28,530 nt of DNA from Macrostomum lignano (Eukaryota). Both the position numbers and the translations under genes were made by a program. The notes under the pieces were generated by a model that saw nothing but the letters and a program-made list of their open reading frames with translations, searched no databases and was not told where the DNA came from. The stretch lies in NCBI GenBank assembly GCA_002269645.1, contig NIVC01005014.1, forward strand, positions 27,799-56,328. The letters are read 5' to 3'. This document shows, piece after piece, positions 1 through 11,594 of this stretch (positions are counted from its first letter, which is position 1; each line of letters begins with the position of its first letter).

Positions 1-2344
1 TGGTAATCTGCAGTAGCAGCTGAAAGCAGGCACAACAAGAATGCCCCTGGCAAGCATTTCAACTTGATTCATTTTTAATCAATATAATTATATAAAGCTA
101 TGCACAAAACTAGGTTTTTGGTTTTGGTGTTTGGAGGTTGCCAACTTGGTTGTTCAGAGTCAAATAATGAAAGGGGAGGGTGATCAGTAGATCTCACAAG
201 TTTAGGTGGTGAGGCAAACCCATAAAACTCCATTAAGAAGAGAGAGTAAGAAAGAAGGTTTAAAGTGGCAAACATTAAGAGACTGGGAAGAAAGAAGGAG
301 GTGTTGGCTAAAGTGACAAACATACAGAGAAGGGGGGAGTTAAATGGGAGTAGAATTAGATTTGCCTTTTGTTTTCTATATAAGTTTATTGGCTTATTAT
401 CAATTTATATAGATCGATTCACTAATTGTGATTATGGTATGTCTAGTATCCTGTCTATGCCCTAGCAGTGCCTAGTCTAGACTTTAGTGTTAAGGTAATA
501 AATCTCTGACCCACCTTCCAAGTTGTTTCTTTCCTACCCTGTTTTGACTGAGTCATTGTAGATTGCAAATTTAATTCAAGCATTCATCTGACCAATAATG
601 TCAAAATTAAGACATATCCAAACCTTTTATAGAAAGTGCAGTATGCATAGTAAACAGTTATAGGCTATTTCCACGAGTGTGACAGTCAAAGGTTGGTACA
701 TTAATTTCACAAAAAATATATGAAAAAGGGGTTTTGCAGCCTTTTTTCATCAAAAAAATAATAACCAACTAGATCTTTTGAACTTGTTAAACTTGTGACA
801 CAGAAGTTGTTGATTCTCAATTAATTCAGCTTATTGTGCATGTGATGGTCAAAGTTTAGAGAGCAGTTTAATATGTATGTACAACTAACAACTAACTTCA
901 ACTATTTTATCAATGCAGTTCTCATACAAGCTAGAAATAGAAAGTAGAAACCCAAATGATGCTCAAATTGGTTGAGAAATTGTTTTGTGGACAATGGAAA
1001 GCTTCCCGTAAATTTGTTTGTTCAATCCTGGGATTGGCCTGGGATCCCGGGATTGGGTCAATTTTTGTCCAAGATCCCAGGATTGTAAAATGTCCAGGAT
1101 TTAGGAACCCTACCATTAATAGTTAGGAAAAGCATTGGTTTCCCCATCCTAGGAAATTGTTAGACTTAAAAGTTATAGTTATGCTTGAGCTATCCCAAAA
1201 AGCCTATGCAGTAGTTTAGTTACCATGCCATACATATGCAACCTTTGAAATTATAGCATAATTTTTATTTTTTAGTAATATGATATAATTTGGTCTTGTG
1301 AAAAGGCCTTGCAAGAATTTTTTAACAAACTGATGTTTTAGTCTTATATTTGACATTATGAAAGTTTGACATTATAACTTTCAATTGATATATTGAACTG
1401 TAGAGGGGTTGTTTGATTCTTCCTATATGAATATTTAAGTATATAACATCTGAGTTTAATGCCAAGAAAATAATATATCCTAGGGAAATTAAAAAATGCA
1501 ATTTTAAGTTTAGGATAAGCCACATATACTAGAATAACTAGATTTGTCACTCGCAAAAAATGTGTTTCTCTACTCTTTTTTAGTAGCAAAATTAGCATTT
1601 TTTGCCTTTATAAAAGTGAAACTAAAATTTATCTACTTTTAAACAAAATTTTAAGTTTTTAAAGCTGCAAAATTTGTATGTGCCTTATTCTACAAGCAGG
1701 CTAATTAAATAAGCATGTCTGCTGAGTTTTACCAGTTCAAAAATAAATGAATTTAAGATTTAAGACTATAGAAAACTATAAAAATGTAAAATTTTCGAAT
1801 TAGTGCTGGCGCCCAGACATCTCTCTACTGCTCTCTCATTGGCTGAGCTAGCTTGGCCCTCCCCCTCCCCCTAGGCTGAGTTTTGTCCGTCTTGCGTTCA
1901 TTTGTGTACATTGAGTTAACAAATGCTTGTTCATTCTTAACCCCATATGCTCTTGAGGCCGCAAGCCCTGAGGAAGGAAAGGAATTTTACCTTCTACTAT
2001 CAAATTAAAATTACATTAGCGCAGACAACTGCTGAAAAGAGAGTAGAGGCTCTACTTTTTCACAATTTTAATTCCGAGTGACATATCTAGTTATTCTAAT
2101 ATCTGTGGGATAAGCTAGATTTGGCCACATTAGCAAAAAAGAAACTACAAAAGAAATTTCTATTATTGTGAACACATCTTGTCTCTCTCTAGCAGATCAC
2201 GTGTTTCCTTTTGTCAATTCAGGTTATAAATAGTTGAAAGAAAATTTAACACAACAATTGCCTCATTATTGCATGTAATTAGAGATACTATCAAAACAGA
2301 AGCACAGGTTGTAACTATCCAATTAACAACAGACAGTTGATGAA

Positions 2345-3061
2345 ATGTCGATCAACTCCGAGAAGCAGCAGTTGGTGTCCGGCTATGCAAGAGCGGCGCT
2401 ATTCTGTGCAGTGTTCAGTTTCGTATGCGTTTTATTGTCATTTGTGACGCCTTTCTGGCTGCAGAGCTGGCCAAGGGTGCACACGCCTATGGATAGGCTG
2501 GGACTGTGGGAATTCTGCCTAGATGGCTTAGTGCATCGCCTAGACCCCGAGATGCGCTCCTATTTCGGCTGTTGGTGGTCGTTTGCTCCAGAATTTTATC
2601 CTATTCGAAACTACCTGATGCCGCCTTGGTTTAGATTTGTACAGTTCTGCATCACGTTCGGCCTGATGCTGCATATTGGCGCTCTGATCCTGTGCGTCAT
2701 CTATGTTGTCAGGTGCGTTAATAATCCTGAGAGGCGAGCTCTGTTGAGCCAAGTCTTGGCCTATGCTATGCTGTTTATTGGCACCCTGCTAGGCGTTGGC
2801 ATCATCGTATTCGGCTCAAAGTGCTTAGATCCGTATTGGCTACCGAATCCTGAGCTCAACTGGCCATCTTGGAGCTTTGGTCTGGCTGTGCTATCAGTGA
2901 TCTTCTGCTTTTTCACCGCCTGTTTCATGGTGCCGCAGGTGAAATTAGATCGCGAATTGATGATACAGAGAGAGTACGCTTTCCCTATGTCAGCTGGCAA
3001 GTCAACTGACGAATTGATGATGCCCACACCGCCTGGCAGATCTTTGTCGTCTGTTATTTGA
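2345..3061 (+). CDS. Claudin-superfamily tetraspan protein, invertebrate septate-junction type (pickel/Megatrachea-like), single exon, 238 aa
   Basis: ATG at 2345 to TGA at 3059-3061. Four hydrophobic segments, and first-loop claudin signature W..(x)..GLWEFC..C (PFWLQSW...GLWEFCLDG...YFGCWW). Also P-W-F..VQ and NW.SWSFGLAV blocks typical of arthropod-type claudins. C-terminus SSVI is a PDZ-binding-type end. AATAAA at 3344-3349. Confidence 0.85.
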   Translation: MSINSEKQQLVSGYARAALFCAVFSFVCVLLSFVTPFWLQSWPRVHTPMDRLGLWEFCLDGLVHRLDPEMRSYFGCWWSFAPEFYPIRNYLMPPWFRFVQFCITFGLMLHIGALILCVIYVVRCVNNPERRALLSQVLAYAMLFIGTLLGVGIIVFGSKCLDPYWLPNPELNWPSWSFGLAVLSVIFCFFTACFMVPQVKLDRELMIQREYAFPMSAGKSTDELMMPTPPGRSLSSVI

Positions 3062-4477
3062 ACTTGCACATGGGTCAATTATAAATAGGTGAACAAAGAA
3101 GATTGATGAAGTGACAAGATGTTGTTTCGCGTGTACAGATAATGCAGCATTATAGTAGTAGGTTTTGCTTCCTTTTTTAACTAACTGTAAACTACGCTCA
3201 TTGATACTAATGTTTTAAAGTGAAAAAACGTATTTGAAAGCCTATATTTGCTTTATGAAGTCAAATTGGTTAGATGAGATAATCCCGTAAAGTAGCAAAT
3301 CTTCCAATGTACTTTTTTTCTTAGCGGGACTTTTTTGTCCCATAATAAAATACAAAACCTTCCAAAATATAAGCCTTCAACTAATGAAAAATAGCTGGTA
3401 AATAGAAAATCAAATTAAACTATAAATTTCCATTCCAAACGTTGTATTTTCTATTATCTACTTTATAGTTGTCTGTTTCCATCCATTCCAGTTGTTTTCG
3501 GATTTAAAAGTCCATGTGTTTTACATTGTAATCAGCTACTTTAGTACTCATTAAAACTGAAATGTTTATTAGAATCTGTTCCATCTTTGGAGCTCTATTT
3601 GTTGACAAACAAAAACTATGTATGTTACGCATCAAAGCAGTTTGCCACTACAATGTTAATCTGTCAGAAATTTATACAAATATACGACTTTGCTTGTAAG
3701 TTTATATCAGTCTGCGACTGGCACAAGTTGCTATAATCAATGGTTTTTTTTCTATTTTTTCCTAGGAAGTACATTTTTTGTTTGACATTGTTTTGTTATT
3801 AAATAAGCCATTGATATGCATAGAAAAGTACCTACTATTTTTTTCCAAAACGTCTCCTGCACCCTACTTTTAGTAGGCATATTGCAAAATACAAACCTTT
3901 GTTTTGCTCATTTCCTAATGGCCGCTGATATTATTTTTTATTTAACTATGTATAGTACTAACTATACTACTGGCTTGATAAGTAGTGTGTATCGTCGATG
4001 GCTTGCTAAATGGATTTTTGTCTCAATCTAGCTAAGCCTTTTTGTCTTTTTTGGTATGCGGTATGGCTTAAAAAATCCAGTGTAAATTCTGCATATTCGT
4101 ATTCTCATGCACATTCCTTCTCTAACACTTAGCTACCTTTTTTCTCCACCAAAATTGCTAACTCCACTAACTCTGTGGCTTAGACAGCCTCTATTATTGT
4201 ATAAGTATTATTTGAAATCTTTACCACCTCAATTATTATTAATAATCTACCTTTATCATGCGACAGAATGTCTAGCTTATTGTGATATAACTTTTCTGTT
4301 GGTTATTGTAATAATCAATCATATCTTATCTTATTTAATAACAAATAATTTTTACAGTTGCTTAAATAAAATCCCAGGCATTGCTTTATTTACTTGGGTT
4401 TTCTATGATGTTAACTAGCTTTCACTGACTTTACTTGGGGTTGTTTAATTAGGTTTAGTATTCTGTTCTTGCCATCA

Positions 4478-4910
4478 CCAGCCTCTCAGATCCTCAGTTG
4501 CTGGGCAAGCCTCCCAGATCTTCAGTTTCTGATCCAGCCTCCCAGAGTGTCAGTTGCTGGGCCAGCCTCCCAGATCGTCAGTTGCTGGGCCAGCCTCCCA
4601 GATCCTCAGTTGCTGGGCCAGCCTCCCAGAGTGTCAGTTGCTGGGCCAGCCTCCCAGATCGTCAGTTGCTGGGCCAGCCTCCCAGAGTGTCAGTTGCTGG
4701 GCCAGCCTCCCAGATCCTCAGTTGCTGGGCCAGCCTCCCAAATCCTCAGTTGCTGGGCCAGCCTCCCAGAGTGTCAGTTGCTGGGCCAGCCTCCCAGATC
4801 GTCAGTTGCTGGGCCAGCCTCCCAGAGTGTCAGTTGCTGGGCCAGCCTCCCAGATCCTCAGTTGCTGGGCCAGCCTCCCAGGTCCTCAGTTGCTGGGCCT
4901 CCACAGATCC
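4478..4910. repeat. 28-bp minisatellite (CAGTTGCTGGGCCAGCCTCCCAGAkysT)
   Basis: About 15 tandem units, ending ~25 nt before the inferred IMPAD1 acceptor. Confidence 0.95.
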
Positions 4911-4935
4911 CCAATTCTAAGTTACCCTAAAGCAG

Positions 4936-7757
4936 CAATATCAAACCCGTTGCCAACTGCTGGCGGTGTGCCGTCTCAGGCTAAACAAGCTGGGCATCTT
5001 CTGCCTGATAAGTGCAGCGGCACTGCTGTTCCTGCTGCGCACCGAGATGCCCCTGCTAGGCAGAGGCCGCGGCGTCTCAATCAAGGAGCTGCTGTCAGTC
5101 AGCATTGAGCTGTGCGAACGAGCTGGCCAACAGATTTTGCGGCATCGAGCGGCAGCAAAAATTAATAAATCCAGTGCTCAGATTAGCGACTCGGCGCCCC
5201 CAGTTACTAAGGCGGATTTAGCTTCGAATGCCGAATTAGTATTCGGATTTCATAAATCGTTTCCATGGTTACATGTTGTGTCGGAGGAGTCGCAATCGGC
5301 CCCAGTGGATTATCGGGCCCTGGCTTTGGCCAGTCATCGCCATCCAGATTTGGAGCCTTTGAGACACGACTTCTTTGTCAATTCTAACGATGTGCTGGTG
5401 TGGGTGGATCCGCTTGATGGTACGCAAGAGTTTACTGAGCACCTGCTGCAGTACGTGTCTGTTCAGGTGCGTTTTTAATTACCAAGCCGGCTTAACACTT
5501 ATTAATAGATGGCCAAAAAAACGAATAAACTTATTGACTTAGAGGCTTGAAATCTAACTGCTAATATGTGCTTATACGTGAGTAAAATATAGGAGCTATT
5601 GAGACCGGGATGTCAGGAAAAGCTAGACGCAGATGCCGTGAGATAGACAGAGATAGACGTTGCGATGAGGCAGAAAGACAGTGAGATAGAGGCAGAGAGA
5701 CAGTGAGATAGAGGCAGAGACAGTGAGATAGAGGCAGAGATATAGCGAGATAGAAGCAGAGAGACAGTGAGATAGAGGCAGAGACAGTGAGATAGAGGCA
5801 GAGAGAGAGTAAGATAGAGGCAGAGAGACAGTGAGATAGAGGCCGAGAGACAGTGAGATAGAGGCAGACAGTGAGATAGAGGCAGACAGTGAGATAGAGG
5901 CAGAGATATAGTGAGATAGAAGCAGAGAGACAGTGAGATAGAGGCAGAGAGAGAGCAAGATAGAGGCAGAGAGACGGTGAGATAGAGGCCGAGAGACGGT
6001 GAGATAGAGGCAGAGAGACAGTGAAATGCAGCATAGAGACAATGAGTTAGAGGGGAGAAAGAGATTTAGTTAATTAGTTAGAAATCGCACTTATGAAGTA
6101 ATAAGCAAGCAACAATACCTCTAAAACAGGTGTGCGTGGCCTACCGAGGCACACCCCTGCTAGGCGTGCTGCATTTTCCATTCGCTAATAAAACCTATTG
6201 GGCTTGGCGCAATTCTCGCGTATCCGACAGTCTAAAAGAGCAATTAAATTTACCTATTGTGCTGGATAAGCACGTATTAAAATCGGACTCACACATCAAA
6301 GGCGCCGCCGATAAGAGTCACCGACGAAGGCGGGTGCTGATTTCGCGCAGTCATCGGGGCGCTCAATTGAATAGCACGGCTAGAAAATTGTTCCCTAACG
6401 AGTCCGTCGACTTGTTATCGGCTGCCGGGGCGGGTTATAAACTACTGCTGCTTAGTAAGGTAAGAAAAAAGTTTGGAAATTTTACATGTAGTATATGTAG
6501 ACTAGTGTGTGTCCCTCTTCGGAGGATTGTGCAGTTTAACCACTTCAGGCTTGCACCGCGTGACAAGCCGTTTTCTATAAGTCTTGGTGTCTAAACACTT
6601 CTTTAGAAACTCTGGTATCACAGCGATTCCCCGTGAGCCACTTGGCGATTGCATCCTAGCGATTCCCCATGAGCCACTTGGCGATTGCATCCTAGCGATT
6701 CCCCATGAGCCACTTGGCGATTGCATCCTAGCGATTCTCCATGAGCCACTTGGCGATTGCATCCTAGCGATTCCCCATGAGCCACTTGGCGATTGCATCC
6801 TAGCGATTCCCCATGAGCCACTTGGCGATTGCATCCTAGCGATTCCCCATGAGCCACTTGGAATCCTAGCGATTCCCCATGAGCCACTTGGCATCCTAGC
6901 GATTCTCCATGAGCCACTTGGCGATTGCATCCTAGCGATTCCCCATGAGCCAATTGGCATCCTAGCGATTCCCCATGAGCCACTTGGTATCAGGGCGATT
7001 CCCCATGAGCCACTTGGCATCTTAGCGATTCCCCATGAGCCACTTGGCATCCCAGCGATTCCCCATGAGCTACTTGGCATCCTAGCGATTCCCCATGAGC
7101 CACTTGGTATCAGGGCGATTCCCCATGAGCCACTTGGCATCCCAGCGATTCCCCATGAGCCACTTGGCATCCTAGCGATTCCCCATGAGCCACTTGGCAT
7201 CCTAGCGATTCCCCATGAGCCACTTGGCATCCTAACGATTCCCCATGAGCCGTTTGGAATCATAGCAATTCCCTATAAGTCATTTTGTATTTTATAAACT
7301 TCATGTGAGTCATTCAGCATCTCAGCATCCGCTGACGGTTTTTTAGAATGAATTTTGCATTGTATCTGTAGTCTTGTAATCGACATGAGCCATTCGGGTG
7401 TCTTAAAAATTTGAGAGTGTTTCATATATTCATAGGTTATTAATCTAAATATACTAATATACTACTAAAATCCCCACTTGGTTGTTCATTCAGGGATTAG
7501 CTGACAACTATCTCCACGCGGGTCCGATAAAAAAATGGGATCTATGCGCTGGCCAGGCTATCCTAGAAGCCATGGGCGGCCGTCTCAACAGTCTGAGGTC
7601 AATGGGGACAGATTCAACCAGTTCAGGCCATCTGCATCGGATTAACTATGACAATGCCGAGCAGTACAAGCACTCCGATGGCTTCATTGCGTTTGCTCCG
7701 TCGCCGTCGCCTACACCTAAGCGTCCACCAACCAAAGATCCGCGTCTGAGTCAGTAA
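4936..7757 (+). CDS. IMPAD1: Golgi-resident PAP 3'-phosphatase / inositol monophosphatase 3. Exons 4936-5466, 6130-6459, 7494-7757 (~375 aa). No genomic ATG at the start.
   Basis: N-terminal signal anchor (RLRLNKLGIFCLISAAALLFLL) and FIG/IMPase motifs VVSEE, WVDPLDGTQEFTE, GAGYK and KKWDLCAGQAILEAMGG. Phase-0 GT-AG introns 5467-6129 and 6460-7493 join the frames cleanly. The exact 5' start is inferred (AG at 4934-4935). Confidence 0.9.
5638..6025. repeat. Purine-rich ~20-24-bp minisatellite (GTGAGATAGAGGCAGAGAGACA) in IMPAD1 intron 1
   Basis: Tandem units visible directly. Confidence 0.95.
6623..7275. repeat. 36/30-bp minisatellite (GCGATTCCCCATGAGCCACTTGG[CGATTG]CATCCTA) in IMPAD1 intron 2
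   Basis: Tandem units; the 36-bp form dominates at the 5' side and the 30-bp form at the 3' side. Confidence 0.95.
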
Positions 7758-8754
7758 CACGGTCGGTCATTGTATATTATTGAATCTAGGAAAATTTGGG
7801 GAATTTGTTTCCACCGTGACAGCAGCTGAGCTGTGATTTATTATATGTGTGTTCCTAGAATATGCAACAAATTTGTTCTCCAAAGTGTTGGAAATTTTAG
7901 TATATGTGGACTAGCTCAGCTTAAGTGTCCCTCTTCGGGGATTGTGCAGTTGAACCACTTTAGGCTCTGATGACTCTTACCATCCAGATTGACCAAGTGG
8001 ATTGGTTGTGCGATTTACACCTGTGGTGAGGGCCGCTTTACGCCCTGTGTGAGCTGTGTGTATGAGTGACGATGTTGGTGTGGTTCTTGGCATGAAAAAT
8101 TAACAAAGCTCTGTTTATTTAAAAGCTCATTTTTTGTTTCCCAGCAGAAAAAAATAATCTGTCAACTAACGTCCAGTCTGTACTACTTAATCTCGCCTGC
8201 CTGCTGAGTAGTATGTATACCGTAAGTGTTGCCTCGGTTCTTTATTTTTCAATCGCCTTTCTTGCTGTCTACTTATATTGACCAATTTGCTGAACACGCT
8301 TTCAAGCAAGTGACACTAGGGCTGTTGTCCTGTTGTTAGAATACTCATTTTTATGTGTATTATGTTTTTTATAATCTTACTTTTCCTGCTGTGTGCTTTT
8401 GCTGTTAATTTGTTGTTGTGCTAAAAAATCTGATTTCTCACATTTTTCTCTGCTTGCCTCTGTGTTTGTTTGTCCGTTAGCATCATCTTCTGCAAAACAA
8501 CGTAACTGAGTTTTTATTCAATAATAGCTCATGTTGGTTTCTGTCTGTCTATTTCTGTTTGTAAATATATATATATTTTTTAAATATAGATATCGCTTTA
8601 TCAGCAGGGTTGAACGAGATGTTTTGCTTCTGATTTATTCCGTTTTTACCTCGTTGAATTTAAACGGTCTTAGAAGTGATTTTGCGACTCTCTTGTTTAT
8701 TCAATTTCTGAAATTTGTACTGAATCGCCTTTGAAATCTGGTAAGGAGTGTAGG

Positions 8755-9597
8755 TGGTATCGTGCAAGTGGATGTAGGTGTCTTGTAGGTAGTGTAGGTG
8801 TCTTGTAAGTGGGTGTAGGTGTCTTTTAGGTGGGTGGTAGGTGTCTTTTAGGTGGGTGGTAGGTGTCTTGTAAGTGGGTGTGGATGTCTTGTAAGTGGGT
8901 GTAGGTGTCTTGTAAGTGGGTGTAGGTGTCTTGTAAGTGGGTGTGGGTGTCTTGTAAGTGGGTGTAGGTGTCTTTTAGGTGGGTGGTAGGTGTCTTGTAA
9001 GTGGGTGTGGGTGTCTTGTAAGTGGGTGGTAGGTGTCTTGTAAGTGGGTGTGGGTGTCTTGTAAGTGGATGTAGGTGTCTTTTAAGTGGGTGTGGGTGTC
9101 TTGTAAGTGGGTGTAGGTGTCTTGTAAGTGGGTGTGGGTGTCTTGTAAGTGGGTGTGGATGTCTTGTAAGTGGGTGTAGGTGTCTTGTAGGTGGGTGGTA
9201 GGTGTCTTGTAAGTGAGTGTGGGTGTCTTGTAAGTGGCTGTAGGTGTCTTGTAAGTGGCTGTAGGTGTCTTGTAAATGGCTGTAGGTGTCTTGTAAATGG
9301 CTGTAGGTGTCTTGTAAGTGGCTGTAGGTGTCTTGTAAATGGCTGTAGGTGTCTTGTAAGTGGCTGAAGGTGTCTTGTAAGTGGCTGAAGGTGTCTTGTA
9401 AGTGGCTGTAGGTGTCTTGTAAGTGGCTGTAGGTGTCTTGTAAATGGCTGTAGGTGTCTTGTATATGGCTGTAGGTGTCTTGTAAGTGGCTGTAGGTGTC
9501 TTGTAAGTGGCTGTAGGTGTCTTGTAAGTGGCTGAAGGTGTCTTGTAAGTGGCTGAAGGTGTCTTGTAAGTGGCTGAAGGTGTCTTGTAAGTGGTTT
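8755..9597. repeat. ~21-bp G/T-rich minisatellite (GTAGGTGTCTTGTAAGTGGsT)
   Basis: About 40 tandem units between IMPAD1 and PIGL. Confidence 0.95.
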
Positions 9598-9728
9598 TAG
9601 ATTGGCCTGTAATCCTGTAATAGGTATTGCATTACCCCAGGTATTTGGTAAAAAAAAGTCTGCAGTCTACTCGCTAAACACCGTTTTCAGTCCCAGCTAC
9701 CAAGTTCGGCAGGTGATTCCCCACTCAG

Positions 9729-11288
9729 CCGTCGCATCTGACGCTGTCAATTCTGTTAATATCTCTCACAGTACTGATTGTTGCAGTCTACCTGATAGCT
9801 TGTCGTTTGAGTAACAATTGCTTGCTGCGACTTGGCAACCAGCTAATTGGCTTGAGAGACCCGGTGAGGAGGTTTTTTATTTATCTGATATGGCCTTTTC
9901 TGTCGGCAAGAGTTCTCGAGGGTTTGTCACCCTCTCAGATTCTCAAACAGAGTCTGACACCCTCTCAGATTCTCAAACAGAGTCTGACACCCTCTCAGAT
10001 TCTCAAACAGAGTCTGACACCCTCTCAGATTCTCAAACAGAGTCTGACACCCTCTCAGATTCTCAAACAGAGTCTGACACCCTCTCAGATTCTCAAACAG
10101 AGTCTGACACCCTCTCAGATTCTCAAACAGAGTCTGACACCCTCTCAGATTCTAAAACAGAGTCTGACACCCTCTCAGATTCTCAAACAGAGTCTGACAC
10201 CCTCTCAGATTCTAAAACAGAGTCTGACACCCTCTCAGATTCTAAAACAGAGTCTGACACCCTCTCAGATCATCAAACAGAGTCTGACACCCTCTCAGAT
10301 CATCAAACAGAGTCTGACACCCTCTTGCATCCTCAAACTGAGTCTGACACCCTCTCAGATTCTAAAACAGAGTCTGACACCCTCAGATTCTAAAACAGAG
10401 TCTGACACCCTCTCAGATTCTCAAACAGAGTCTGACACCTCTCAGATTCTTAAACAGAGTCTGACACCCTCTCAGATTCTCAAACAGAGTCTGACACCTC
10501 TCAGATTCTTAAAACAGAGTCTGACACCTCTCAGATTCTAAAACAGAGTCTGACACCGTCTCAGACTCTCAAACAGAGTCTGACACCCTCTCAGATTCTT
10601 AAACAGAGTCTGACACCCTCTCAGATTCTCAAACAGAGTCTGACACCCTCTCAGATTCTTAAACAGAGTCTGACACCCTCTCAGATTCTTAAACAGAGTC
10701 TGACACCCTCTCAGATTCTCAAACAGAGTCTGACACCCTTTTTCGCACAGAGCGCAGCCACATCTGAACAGTCGCCTCTCCGGTTGCTATTGGTTACCGC
10801 TCATCCGGACGACGAATGCATGTTCTTTGCGCCTCTATTGTTGGCCCTATCCGCCCAGTCTGAGTCGCCTAGCAACCATCGTTGGGAACTGTATCTGGCC
10901 TGCTTATCCACCGGCAATTATTACGGACTTGGCGATATTCGCGTGTCCGAGCTGACACTCGCTTGGACCGAAGGGTTCGGACAGTCGGTCAATAGGCTTC
11001 GAATAGTGAACGATTCTAGACTTCCGGATAGCAACTCGATTGATTGGCAGGCGGCTCATATTGACGATTGCGTATCTGGACTGATTGACGAGTGGCAGAT
11101 TGACTGCTTAGCCACCTTTGACAGCGGCGGGGTGAGCGGCCACGCCAATCACAGGGCTTTGCAACGCTGGGCTCTGAGCCGCTGCGCCAGCCACCGACTG
11201 CGTCGGGATAGGCCTGTGCCTGTGCTGCTGCTGAGGACTGTCGGACTGGCTAGGAAGTATTCGGGTGAGCTGACTGTCTGTGTGTCAC

Positions 11289-11320
<32 letters not shown>

Positions 11321-11557
11321 TTGTGTGTCTGTCTGTCTGTTTGACTGTCTGTCTGTCTGTCTCTTAATGTCTATCTGACTGTCTGTCTGTTTTTCATGTC
11401 TGTCTGTCTGTCTGTCTGTTATGTGTGTCTGTCTGTCTCTTAATGTCTATCTGACGGTCTGTCTGTTTATCTGTCTGTCTGTCTGTCTGTCTGGTGTCTG
11501 TCCGTCTGGCTGTCTGTTCTGTCTCTCTGTCTGTCTGCCTGTCTGTCTGTCTTTGTG

Positions 11558-11594
<37 letters not shown>

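Noticed and set aside
75-465. Short ORFs at the window start (75-323 minus, 265-465 plus)
   Set aside because: AT-rich, with no recognisable motif and no convincing exon structure.
8755-9597. Telomere-like or G-quadruplex array
   Set aside because: The unit is not TTAGGG-like, and G-runs are mostly GG or a single GGG per 21 bp, so support is weak.
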